IMG/VR virus record: IMGVR_UViG_2802429253_000004
Reading direction: 5' to 3' (one strand)
Length of the DNA stretch: 48,941 nucleotides
DNA from: a virus
Lineage: Duplodnaviria; Heunggongvirae; Uroviricota; Caudoviricetes
In this document: piece by piece, positions 7,876 through 16,163 of the stretch
Numbering within the stretch: position 1 is the stretch's first letter
Layout of the letters: every line of letters begins with the position of its first letter
The notes under the pieces: generated by a model
What the model was told of the DNA's origin: nothing
What the model saw: only the letters and a program-made list of their open reading frames with translations
Database searches by the model: none
Program-made: the position numbers and the translations under genes

Positions 7876-8415
7876 ATGATTGAACCGTCAAAAAACTCAT
7901 GTTTTTCAACCATTCACCTAATGATCATAAAAGAACTTAGGCTAGAAAGAGGTGTGCATCAAGGGATGCTAGCTCAAGCTGCTGGTAAAACACCGAACGC
8001 ATGGACAAAGATAGAGAACGGGCAGTCTGTATTAACAGTTGACGCACTTTTTGGTGCTTTCACAGCCCTTAATATTACTCCAGTGAATTTCATGTCATTG
8101 GTAGAAAATCTTATTTCCGAATTTAACCGTTATGGTTACCACTTCCATCCAGGAACCATTCCTCTGGAAGAAGATAGTCTTTTGCCTCTGATGCTGCGTT
8201 ACTTTAATAGCAAGGGGTTTGAAGCATTGAGAAATAGGCCATTCGAAAGAATTAGCATAAGCTCAATGGGGTTCTCATTTGGGGGGGGCATCCCTGTTAC
8301 TCCAACTGCTGTAATGTATTGTTGCGATGAAGCATATAGAAATTGGGTCGATAACGGCGCTGATATGGATAATCGAGATTATCTGAAGCCATTAACAGGT
8401 CTTGGACGGTTTTAA
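7876..8415 (+). CDS. XRE-type HTH protein with an uncharacterised C-terminal domain
   Basis: 179 aa; HTH near residues 20-60 (GMLAQAAGKTPNAWTKIENGQS); transcribed divergently from the antirepressor operon. Confidence 0.55.
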   Translation: MIEPSKNSCFSTIHLMIIKELRLERGVHQGMLAQAAGKTPNAWTKIENGQSVLTVDALFGAFTALNITPVNFMSLVENLISEFNRYGYHFHPGTIPLEEDSLLPLMLRYFNSKGFEALRNRPFERISISSMGFSFGGGIPVTPTAVMYCCDEAYRNWVDNGADMDNRDYLKPLTGLGRF

Positions 8416-8834
8416 TGAGTGAAGAAACAAAAAAACCGCCCTATTGAGGACGGTTCTTTCGTGCTGATCGGATTCGCAGTCCTTTCAGCATAACGTCGTT
8501 GTATAAATACAACCACGCAAGCACAAACAGCGTTCTTATTCTTACCTAACTGAATAAAATTGTCCAAATAAATTTGGTTTATTAGAGCACAAAAGCAAGT
8601 GATATTTTGTAATATGCGGTTAAGTCAATGAAAAACAATATTTTTTTATCCCTTCATTATGAAGGGGCGGCGGCGTAACATTACGCGGGGCCTTTTCGCC
8701 GATTCGCACCCGGGCACCGACTTTCAGGAAAGGATTATCCAACCGCCGTACCACGCAGGCACAAACAGCGTGCTTGCTCTCGCGTCATTTTCGTCGGTGG
8801 AGATGCCGTGGAACGGCCTGCGAGGGCCAATACA

Positions 8835-8954
8835 ATGAGGAAATACGTATGTATTTTGATCGTTGTTACTGGAGCTTTGTTTACGCCACATGGGGAGGGT
8901 TGGAAGATTACTGATAACGCTCTGAATGTGACGATAAACATTAGCAGCAAGTAG
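8835..8954 (+). CDS. Candidate 39-aa hydrophobic peptide (MRKYVCILIVVTGALFTPHGEGWKITDNALNVTINISSK)
   Basis: GAGGG ribosome-binding site 8 nt upstream; strong intrinsic terminator immediately downstream; no homolog recognised. Confidence 0.3.
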   Translation: MRKYVCILIVVTGALFTPHGEGWKITDNALNVTINISSK

Positions 8955-8959
8955 CGATT

Positions 8960-8982
8960 AGGCCCCTTCGGGGGCCTTTTTT
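8960..8982 (+). terminator. Strong rho-independent terminator
   Basis: Stem AGGCCCC/GGGGCCT with loop TTCG, then TTTTTT. Confidence 0.8.
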
Positions 8983-8992
8983 ATGGTTGAAT

Positions 8993-9142
8993 TTAAACGC
9001 TGGAGCGCATTAAGCCTTTCAGAACTGCTTCACGTACCCATTCTGGCCTGGTGGATAGCAGGGCAAATAAGCGACCAGCTTGCAGCCGTTTGAGGTCGGT
9101 TAGACGAGTTTTCAGTAACCGTGTATATTGTTGCTCGGACAT
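8993..9142 (-). CDS. Small hypothetical protein downstream of the partition operon
   Basis: 49 aa from the internal Met, with an AGGGGAA ribosome-binding site; same strand as parA and the RHH gene. Confidence 0.35.
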   Translation of the reverse strand: MSEQQYTRLLKTRLTDLKRLQAGRLFALLSTRPEWVREAVLKGLMRSSV

Positions 9143-9204
9143 AACAAATTCCCCTTGTTGTGTCGCGACGGCCAACAGTTGGCGCTGGAGGCCGTCACCT
9201 TCTC

Positions 9205-9453
9205 TTACTTCTGGTTGTATTGAGCCTTGAGTAACTCAAAAGATTTTGTCAGCACTTCTTTCAATGACATATCCATTGAGCTGGCGAATGTTTTGTACTC
9301 ACGTTTAAATTCAGGGTCGACGTTAAACGCCATTTGTGCTCCACCTGATTTGGTTCTGGTCGGCGTTTCAGTCGGGTCGAAAACCTGCGGTTGTTCGATT
9401 GATGGCGGTACGCCTTTGCTGTTCTTCTTTGGTGGTTTTGATGGTGCGGCCAT
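9205..9453 (-). CDS. Small partition protein, ribbon-helix-helix ParG-like centromere-binding protein
   Basis: 82 aa directly downstream of parA; unstructured basic N-terminus then an RHH-like segment MAFNVDPEFKREYKTFASSMDMSLKEVL. Confidence 0.6.
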   Translation of the reverse strand: MAAPSKPPKKNSKGVPPSIEQPQVFDPTETPTRTKSGGAQMAFNVDPEFKREYKTFASSMDMSLKEVLTKSFELLKAQYNQK

Positions 9454-9465
9454 GTGTATCCCCTC

Positions 9466-9497
9466 TTATATAAATCTATAAAACTATAATTATATAT
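9466..9497. repeat. AT-rich 15-bp iteron pair (TATAGAWTTATATAA family, inverted orientation) downstream of the partition operon
   Basis: TATATAAATCTATA and AAACTATAATTATATA; same motif family as at 3956, 10172, 10246, 13991, 15218, 19728 and 20858. Confidence 0.7.
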
Positions 9498-10165
9498 TAC
9501 GCGGCAGTAGTCAGAGCCTCAAGCTGGTTGATAATCCCCTGAATAACGTCGTCTGCCTTTTTGCGTGGCGCAACGTATGAACACTCAATGAGGCTTAAGC
9601 CCTTATCCTGAGCTTTGCTCAGAGCTGGCTTGTGGGGAATGTACTTATCGACAACAAAGTATGGCGTATTAGCCAGGTACTCTTGGGCTTCGATGTAGTC
9701 AGCTTCGTTTTCAGCCGCGCCGGAAAACACCATGCAAATTTTCTTGATTGGTACACCCTTTTTAACGATGCCGTGAGCTGTGTTAACGGTGGTTTCCAGG
9801 TCATCGGTAGAGAATCTGGTTGGCAAAATAACCATATCCAGAAATTCAGAGAGCTTCGGTACTGATTCAGATGCGTAGGCACCGCCATCGACGATAACCA
9901 GGTCGTATACTTCTGATTCGATGATTTTCTGGACTTGTGATGGTGTGCCGCACGGCTGCGCCGCGATTGCTGGTTCGATATTGTTGGCCATTCTGCGTTG
10001 TACCCAACGCGTTACCGTTCCGTTAAGCACATCCATATCGATCAGGCATACATTCCAGCCAGCCTTTGCATAAGCAACTGCTAAAGCACGAGCAATGGTT
10101 GATTTGGTTACGCCGCCTTTTCCGTTGAAAATACCTACAGATATAGTCATTTGTCGAGACTCCAT
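9497..10165 (-). CDS. parA: Partition ATPase ParA, small type Ib (ParF/Soj-like)
   Basis: 222 aa; deviant Walker A GKGGVTKST near the N-terminus. Confidence 0.85.
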   Translation of the reverse strand: MESRQMTISVGIFNGKGGVTKSTIARALAVAYAKAGWNVCLIDMDVLNGTVTRWVQRRMANNIEPAIAAQPCGTPSQVQKIIESEVYDLVIVDGGAYASESVPKLSEFLDMVILPTRFSTDDLETTVNTAHGIVKKGVPIKKICMVFSGAAENEADYIEAQEYLANTPYFVVDKYIPHKPALSKAQDKGLSLIECSYVAPRKKADDVIQGIINQLEALTTAA

Positions 10166-10171
10166 ATGTTT

Positions 10172-10277
10172 GATTATATAATTCTATAAATCTATATTTA
10201 TAGAATGAGGTAAGCATAACCAACTTTTTGGCGGATGAAAAGTGTTTTATATAATTATATAAATCTATAATCATATA
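10172..10277. repeat. Two blocks of AT-rich iterons immediately upstream of parA (candidate centromere/operator)
   Basis: Blocks 10172..10207 and 10246..10277 each carry two or three copies of the 15-bp unit in both orientations. Confidence 0.7.
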
Positions 10278-10300
10278 AGCGGGCGTTAGCCCGCTTGCAG

Positions 10301-10675
10301 TCAGAGGTCAGCTATCGTTGATATCAGTTGATTTGCTAGCTGTCGCTGTTTACGTGAGAGGGTTAGAGCAGCTTCTGAGCGGTCGCTAAGAGGGGTGTTT
10401 TCATCGAGAATCATGAGGCATACAGAAATAATAGCCCTGTTATATGCCATCAATGGCTGGCACAGCTTCGATACCGCTGGCACATCGTATTGTAAGGCCG
10501 TTTTGAGGCAGACTTTTTGTTCTGATGCCAGATGAAGGATAGATTCTATCCAGTCGATATCTTTCTCATTATCAATGATTTGGCATAACATACACTCAAT
10601 CGCTATGTTCAACGCTTGGATTTCGATTCCAGCAGTGATCAGAGTTTCGTTTTTATTGGCTGTATGTAATTCCAT
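10301..10675 (-). CDS. Hypothetical protein downstream of cI on the same strand
   Basis: 124-aa ORF; likely co-expressed with the repressor in the lysogenic/plasmid state. Confidence 0.5.
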   Translation of the reverse strand: MELHTANKNETLITAGIEIQALNIAIECMLCQIIDNEKDIDWIESILHLASEQKVCLKTALQYDVPAVSKLCQPLMAYNRAIISVCLMILDENTPLSDRSEAALTLSRKQRQLANQLISTIADL

Positions 10676-10710
10676 GCGTAGCCTCTTTTATACTTTTACA
10701 TGTTGTCAAA

Positions 10711-10725
10711 ACCACAAAATGTGGT
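10711..10725. promoter_or_regulatory. Operator-like palindrome ACCACAAAATGTGGT
   Basis: ACCAC-N5-GTGGT dyad between cI and the downstream ORF. Confidence 0.5.
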
Positions 10726-10767
10726 TTTTTTGAGCGTAGAAATGCACGGCTTTCGCCGTGCTGTGTA

Positions 10768-11424
10768 TCATAACCAGTTGACAACACTAACTACGCGGCC
10801 AAGAACTTTATAACGCTTAAATTCCTCGTTATTCAGATGCTTAGTGTTCATTTCAGCATCCCTTTCGGTTGACAGCATAACAGCATTGTCACCCGGTATG
10901 ACTCTACAGTGCCTCAAAACAACCAGGCCATTTCTGTCTTCAAGGGCATAGATCCCCTCATGAATCTCTGTATCGTCTGTATTAATCAGGACTTGGGAGC
11001 CTGGGGATATTGTTGGTGACATTAACTCATCGTTGCTCTGGAGAACTGACAGAGACGATGGGTTGATGTTCTTGCTTCGTAGAATCTCCTGTTCTATCGC
11101 CAGCACTGGCTTTTCTCCGGCGTGCGATGCTATGTCATTTTTTATAGCTACAAGCCCAGGAATAACAGGAGCGTTAGTATTCTGGGGTGGGAACGGGTTA
11201 TCTGTTAAGCACGCGATATAAGGCGCTGATGCTTTCAGGGCGTGCGCGATTTTCTTGATGGCAGGTATAGATGGTTGTCTTAATCCGGCCTCATAGTTCT
11301 GCAAGGTGCTTAAGCCTATTCCAGTGACTTGCTGGAGATCTCCGGCAGTCATGCCGGATTGTTTCCGTAGAGTCTGAATGCGCAGACCTATTTCTTTCTT
11401 GATGTTCTCGTCGTTGCTTTTCAT
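10768..11424 (-). CDS. CI-like phage repressor (N-terminal HTH, C-terminal S24 LexA-like peptidase domain)
   Basis: 218 aa; HTH at residues about 15-60, C-terminal autopeptidase-like domain; divergent from a cro-like gene. Confidence 0.85.
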   Translation of the reverse strand: MKSNDENIKKEIGLRIQTLRKQSGMTAGDLQQVTGIGLSTLQNYEAGLRQPSIPAIKKIAHALKASAPYIACLTDNPFPPQNTNAPVIPGLVAIKNDIASHAGEKPVLAIEQEILRSKNINPSSLSVLQSNDELMSPTISPGSQVLINTDDTEIHEGIYALEDRNGLVVLRHCRVIPGDNAVMLSTERDAEMNTKHLNNEEFKRYKVLGRVVSVVNWL

Positions 11425-11462
11425 GTCTCATCAATCGTGAATGGTGGGTTATTTATACATTA

Positions 11463-11579
11463 CCACATTTAGTGGTTTTCACATGGTAAGACGAGAGGTG
11501 GACCACAAATAGAAGGTTATTTTTTGTTTCGCCCATTGAAAAACTCACGATATGTGGTTTTAATACCACATATCGTGGT
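11463..11579. promoter_or_regulatory. Divergent cI/cro promoter region with at least two full operators (ACCACATTTAGTGGT at 11463..11477, ACCACATATCGTGGT at 11565..11579) and a half-site
   Basis: Repeated ACCAC-N5-GTGGT dyads in the 175-bp intergenic region; larger palindrome CACGATATGTGGTTTTAATACCACATATCGTG. Confidence 0.6.
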
Positions 11580-11598
11580 TTTAACTGGAGTTCGTTAA

Positions 11599-12093
11599 AT
11601 GACCTTTCAGGAGTGGGTTGACGAAAATGGAGGCCAAATTGGTGTTGCCAGAAAGTTTGGCTTTACGTCATCACTGATTGGTGCCTGGTATCGCTTCGAG
11701 AGATTCCCTCGTGCGGATAACCTGACGCTGCTGGTGGCGTATTCGGAAGGCCGGATTAACGTCCAGCAATGGGCGGCAGATTTTGCCGAACGTCAGCGCC
11801 AGCGTAGCGATGGCACATCGGTTCGGCAGAACAAGATCAAAGGGAATCTCCCTGTTAACTGCTTATCAAGGCTGAAAGCGGTTTTCTCTGAGCTGGGGAT
11901 GCCTGCGGAGCGTTGCAATCTACGCGGTCCGCGATTCATTGCTCGCTGGAAACACTCACACGTAACCGTTTCAGAGGTTCGTGATGCGATTACCGTGCTG
12001 GAGCTTAAGAATAAAGATTCCAGCGATATCGAGCTGATTCATAAGGAGATTAGCAACGCCCGGCGTTCAGCACTTGGGAGGCTTGAGGAATGA
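11599..12093 (+). CDS. Cro/YdaS-like HTH regulator with C-terminal extension (first gene of the early rightward operon)
   Basis: N-terminal segment ENGGQIGVARKFGFTSSLIGAWY resembles Cro/YdaS-type HTH; position opposite cI. Confidence 0.55.
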   Translation: MTFQEWVDENGGQIGVARKFGFTSSLIGAWYRFERFPRADNLTLLVAYSEGRINVQQWAADFAERQRQRSDGTSVRQNKIKGNLPVNCLSRLKAVFSELGMPAERCNLRGPRFIARWKHSHVTVSEVRDAITVLELKNKDSSDIELIHKEISNARRSALGRLEE

Positions 12094-12605
12094 TGATTCT
12101 GGCCTTCTTTGGTGATAATCACCAGATTCAATCGCAGGTGGTGCACTACCTTGATCAAACGATTAAAGGATTTGTTATCGATCATATTGATAACGATAGC
12201 AAACATCTATCTGTAGATCAGAAAATTGGACGTGTGCAGCGACTGGTTGCCAGCCGTAACAGACGTGACACCGTAACAGTAGTCACGGGGATAACGGAGG
12301 TCATGGAGTACCAGATGTTGCTGCATCGTGGAGCTGTTTTCTGCGTTCTTCCTGGCATTCTGCCAGCAATTCTTGCTCGTGGTTTTGTCTCTATTGATGA
12401 GTCGTTTTTATATGTAACCCCAAGCCGTTCCCTTCTGGATACGGAGGCGAAGCGTCGCATTTATATGATGCCGGACGAGGCATTTTCTGAATGTTACCGC
12501 CGTGAAATGAGGTTGGGTAAACGAGAAGTGTCTGTTGTTCGTGATGGCAGGTTTTTAAGAAGCCGCACGGTGAAAAGCACCAGAAATGACGGGGGCCATC
12601 AATGA
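12090..12605 (+). CDS. Hypothetical early-operon protein
   Basis: 171-aa ORF with start overlapping the upstream stop; no motif recognised. Confidence 0.5.
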   Translation: MMILAFFGDNHQIQSQVVHYLDQTIKGFVIDHIDNDSKHLSVDQKIGRVQRLVASRNRRDTVTVVTGITEVMEYQMLLHRGAVFCVLPGILPAILARGFVSIDESFLYVTPSRSLLDTEAKRRIYMMPDEAFSECYRREMRLGKREVSVVRDGRFLRSRTVKSTRNDGGHQ

Positions 12606-12835
12606 GTAGTTATGTTCGCGGTGCTGCGATGCATTGCCAGAATCCCCAATTCTGGCGCTTTCTGACCAGTAAAACAGGGAAGAACGTTTCAAACAGTTCT
12701 GAGGCCTCTGTGATTCTGCGTGAGTTTTGCGGGATCTCATCCCGTAAAGAGCTGGCAAAGAACTACGCGGCCAGAAGCATGTATGTCCAGTTAATCAACG
12801 AGTTCAACCTCTTTATCAATGGTAAGGGGCGCTGA
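12602..12835 (+). CDS. Hypothetical small protein
   Basis: 77-aa ORF, overlapping start and stop within the operon. Confidence 0.4.
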   Translation: MSSYVRGAAMHCQNPQFWRFLTSKTGKNVSNSSEASVILREFCGISSRKELAKNYAARSMYVQLINEFNLFINGKGR

Positions 12836-13239
12836 TGAACGGACGTACACCAACGAAGAAAGAGAAACTTTATATACAAGCGGTGCTCACTCACGTGGGT
12901 TGCATAGCTTGCATTATTGATGGCCGTGAAATTGAGAATCCAGAACTGTGGACGGAGCTGCATCACGATCCTGATTACGGCAGCGTTGATGAGAATTGCC
13001 ACTTCCATAGCTTTGGGTTGTGCGCACCACATCATCGCGGTGTTGTGCCTGGTGGTGGGCGCGTGCCTCCGCATATTGCCGTTCGTCACCCTCCCCTGAG
13101 TAATTGTGCTCGCTTTGTTGAGCGTTATGGCACAGATGAATTTTTGTGTGCGCAGACGTGGGAGCTGTTGCCGCAGTCAGTTAAAGACGAAATTGGGTTT
13201 GATCTTAGTCTTGGTGAAGTACCAGGGGATACCAAATGA
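12835..13239 (+). CDS. Cys/His-rich NinG/YbcO-like protein (putative nuclease)
   Basis: Cys/His pattern GCIACI...HFHSFGLCAPHH; sits in the nin-like region between cro and Q as in lambdoid phages. Confidence 0.4.
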   Translation: MNGRTPTKKEKLYIQAVLTHVGCIACIIDGREIENPELWTELHHDPDYGSVDENCHFHSFGLCAPHHRGVVPGGGRVPPHIAVRHPPLSNCARFVERYGTDEFLCAQTWELLPQSVKDEIGFDLSLGEVPGDTK

Positions 13240-13568
13240 GATATACCGGCTTTCGCAAACCAGCGACCAGGAAAAGCAAATACGGCAATAAAAAAACTGT
13301 TGTCGATGACATCGCTTTTGATAGCAAAAAAGAGGCTGATTACTACTGCGAACTGAAGCTACTGAGAAAAGCTGGCCGCGTTGTGACGTTTCTTATGCAG
13401 GTGCCTTTTCATCTGCCTGGTGGTGTCGTTTATAAACTTGATTTCATGGTGTTTTATGACGATGGGACGATTGATTGTGTCGACACTAAAGGTGTGCGAA
13501 CAGACGTCTACATCATGAAGAAAAAGCAGGTAGAGGCGCTTTATCCCGTCACGATACGGGAGATCTGA
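13236..13568 (+). CDS. DUF1064-like phage protein (conserved KYGNKKT motif)
   Basis: 110 aa; N-terminal RKPATRKSKYGNKKTVVDDIAFDSKKEA signature recalled from phage nin-region proteins. Confidence 0.45.
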   Translation: MRYTGFRKPATRKSKYGNKKTVVDDIAFDSKKEADYYCELKLLRKAGRVVTFLMQVPFHLPGGVVYKLDFMVFYDDGTIDCVDTKGVRTDVYIMKKKQVEALYPVTIREI

Positions 13569-13571
13569 ACA

Positions 13572-13949
13572 GTGAGACGCGATCTGGATAGCTTGTTTGA
13601 GCTATGGGCGCTGTGGGTGCGCAATGGCTGCAACGCCCGTAGCGGTTTCGCGTCGATGTTAGAAATGATGATGGTTACGCGCTGCCAGTTTACCGGAGGG
13701 GGCGGCGCACCAAATGACTCACTGGAAACCAGTATCGAGGGAGCGGTGACGGCCCTCACGGTAGTTGATGAGACTGCGGCGCTGGTTGTCCGAATTGAAT
13801 ACGGGGCGTGGGAGATTCGGGGCCTCGACATAAATGCACCGCATATTGATAAAGCCCACGCCCTTTCTCTTAGTCTCAGACAGTATCGCCGGAAGCTGGC
13901 AAAAGCCAGGACGTATGTTGTCGACTACTTGAAAAAGAGAAGAGAGTGA
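13572..13949 (+). CDS. Putative antitermination protein Q-like late regulator
   Basis: 125 aa; N-terminal LFELWALWVRNGCNARSGFASML resembles small Q-type antiterminators; last gene before a promoter cassette; GTG start. Confidence 0.45.
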   Translation: MRRDLDSLFELWALWVRNGCNARSGFASMLEMMMVTRCQFTGGGGAPNDSLETSIEGAVTALTVVDETAALVVRIEYGAWEIRGLDINAPHIDKAHALSLSLRQYRRKLAKARTYVVDYLKKRRE

Positions 13950-13990
13950 AAGTGTCATTTTGAGCTGTTTTGGTGATTTGTAGGCACCGG

Positions 13991-14118
13991 GAATATCGGA
14001 AATCTATAAATATATAATTATAGATTTATATAAAAAGTGCTTTACAGGTGGGAAAAAATTTCCTAAGGTTATACCCGAAACCGAGCGATACCCGCCCTGG
14101 TTAAACCGGAGAAATCTG
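13991..14118 (+). promoter_or_regulatory. Promoter/leader cassette, copy B
   Basis: Near-identical to 3956..4072 and 20858..20974; directly downstream of the Q-like gene. Confidence 0.6.
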
Positions 14119-15186
14119 ATGAATAAACAAGTAATTATTTCTGACTGGATCAACAACCCTAACAGCCTGTTGAGCACTGATACTGGCTATAGATTACGTC
14201 ATGTTAATGGCCGTATGGTCAAAAGCGATGAGCACGAAACCTTTTTCGTTGTTGAAGACGATGGACGTCTTTATGAGGATGGTCACTCTTATGAATCCCA
14301 AACAGGTTGTATCCCTGCGGAGTTGGTAGACGTAACAGAAAAGCTGCGCAAAGCATGGCTTGAACAGCAGCAGCGCGGAGATGATTACGTAAATACCTAT
14401 CAGGAACGCCAGAACGCGCGTCTTGCCCGATATATTGCTCGTGCAGAAAAAGCTAGAAAAGAAGGTGCGGTGGCGCATAAGCGAGCGCATGAACTGTTGG
14501 ATGTGATCCCGTTAGGCCAGCCGATTTTAGTTGACCATTATAGCGCGAAAGGCCATCGCCGCCGTTTGTCTAAAGCTGATGCGTTATTCAGAAAATCGTT
14601 TGTTGAGTGTGAAAGCAGAGCATCGTACTACGAAAGCAAAGCCGCAGGTGTCGGCCGTAATGGAGTTTCGTCTGATGATCCTGATGCGCTATTTAAGTTG
14701 CTTCGTAAGCTGCAAGGCTGCATGAAGTCACACATCAAAATGAAGGCCGCAAATAAGGCTATTCGCAAATACAAAAAAGACCAATTACAGCAGCTTTCCG
14801 CATTAATTGACCTTGAGTTTACTGAAAGCGAAGCCAAAGAGTTACTCGCCGGAGATTTCTGTGGGCACATTGGCTTTCCTTCATACTCACTGAGTAACAA
14901 TAACGCCGAAATCAAACGCCTACAGAGCCGTATTAAAGAGCTTGAATCGGTCAAGTCTGTAACAGGATCACAGCGCGAAGAATACGACGGCTTTTCTATG
15001 GAGGTAGATCCAGAGGATAACCGCATCCTGTTTTATTTCCCTGGCAAACCAGAGGCAAACATTCGTTCGCTGCTTAAATCACGCGCCTTTAAGTGGAGTC
15101 CAACCCGTAATGCATGGGTTCGCAAGATTACTCCAAACGCCCTGGCTGATGCCCGATATCTGAAAGAATCGCTATTGAAAGCCTGA
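14119..15186 (+). CDS. Hypothetical 355-aa protein, first gene after cassette copy B
   Basis: Long ORF with basic, coiled-coil-like central region; function not recognised. Confidence 0.6.
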   Translation: MNKQVIISDWINNPNSLLSTDTGYRLRHVNGRMVKSDEHETFFVVEDDGRLYEDGHSYESQTGCIPAELVDVTEKLRKAWLEQQQRGDDYVNTYQERQNARLARYIARAEKARKEGAVAHKRAHELLDVIPLGQPILVDHYSAKGHRRRLSKADALFRKSFVECESRASYYESKAAGVGRNGVSSDDPDALFKLLRKLQGCMKSHIKMKAANKAIRKYKKDQLQQLSALIDLEFTESEAKELLAGDFCGHIGFPSYSLSNNNAEIKRLQSRIKELESVKSVTGSQREEYDGFSMEVDPEDNRILFYFPGKPEANIRSLLKSRAFKWSPTRNAWVRKITPNALADARYLKESLLKA

Positions 15187-15242
15187 CAGTAAGCCTACGG
15201 CGGGATGTCTCCCGCCGTATATAGAATTATATATTTATATAA

Positions 15243-15545
15243 ATGTATAAGGACGCCTCGACAATGAAACGCAAAATTATTAACCCCCAAGATGTGATTA
15301 ATTTCCTGACCGATCACCCATGTTCAAAAGTGGACGTAATCGCGGAGCACATTGGTGTGTCGCAGAACTCTATGCGTTGCAGACTGAGAAGCATGGTTGC
15401 CGAAGGACAGATAACAACCAGGAAAATAAATGGTTGCCTGTACTACTCCGCTAAACCGGAATTGCCATTTGGCATGAATCCTAACTCCATGTTGTTTAAC
15501 ACCTTATTAGCCAAAGTTAAGCCGTTGAGAGGGGCTGTGGCATGA
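15243..15545 (+). CDS. Small winged-helix-like DNA-binding protein
   Basis: Segment DVIAEHIGVSQNSMRCRLRSMVAEGQI is HTH-like; start uncertain (15243 or 15264). Confidence 0.45.
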   Translation: MYKDASTMKRKIINPQDVINFLTDHPCSKVDVIAEHIGVSQNSMRCRLRSMVAEGQITTRKINGCLYYSAKPELPFGMNPNSMLFNTLLAKVKPLRGAVA

Positions 15546-15907
15546 GCATCAAAACCCATACCGGAATAATCATCACCATTGATGGTGAGAAAAAAGTGAA
15601 GTTACGCGAAACGCCGACAACCTGGTGTGTTGGTCCGAAAGAAACATATCGCAAGGAAGATGGGCGCCGTTGTGGGTCGCCACTTTCCAGCCGTCGCCTC
15701 CTTTTGAGCACGATAAAACCTATCGGGCAGGTTGAGCAACCAACGACTCCGGTAACGAAGATTTCAGACAAGAGTCTGGCAAACCTGATCGCCGATGCGG
15801 ACAAGGTGCTGGAGCGAAACACCCCCGTTGCAGATGAGGAATGGTGGCAGGATTTCCGAGCCGCAATGCTAGAGCTTCAGGAACGTCGTCGGGAGGAGTT
15901 GAAGTGA
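15542..15907 (+). CDS. Hypothetical protein
   Basis: 121-aa ORF with overlapping start and stop in the operon. Confidence 0.45.
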   Translation: MSIKTHTGIIITIDGEKKVKLRETPTTWCVGPKETYRKEDGRRCGSPLSSRRLLLSTIKPIGQVEQPTTPVTKISDKSLANLIADADKVLERNTPVADEEWWQDFRAAMLELQERRREELK

Positions 15908-16152
15908 GTGGATCAAATTGTCGAATTAATGGCAATCGAATAGAGCCGTGTGCTGCATTGGCAAAGTCTCTTGAGCACGATGCTGAATGCTCAGTAAGAA
16001 AAGGCTTACTGCTATACAAAATCTGGAATGAGAGTTTAACCCGTGGACCTGATTTGGTGATGTTGCGTTCCGGTGAGTTTTCTAAATCACCTATTCGAGT
16101 CTCATTTTGCCCGTTTTGTGGTGAAAGTCTGAAAACGTGGGAGGGAGAGTGA
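15904..16152 (+). CDS. Small Cys-rich (zinc-ribbon-like) protein
   Basis: GTG start overlapping the upstream stop; Cys pairs CxxxxxxxxC and CPFC. Confidence 0.4.
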   Translation: MSGSNCRINGNRIEPCAALAKSLEHDAECSVRKGLLLYKIWNESLTRGPDLVMLRSGEFSKSPIRVSFCPFCGESLKTWEGE

Positions 16153-16163
16153 AAGAGCGCGGC

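Noticed and set aside
8735-8950. 71-aa minus-strand ORF
   Set aside because: No ribosome-binding site; overlaps the better-supported plus-strand small ORF and terminator; weak either way.
9466-10277. Possible CRISPR array in the AT-rich repeats
   Set aside because: Units are about 15 bp, occur in both orientations without unique spacers of regular length, and are dispersed at promoter regions; no cas genes are present.
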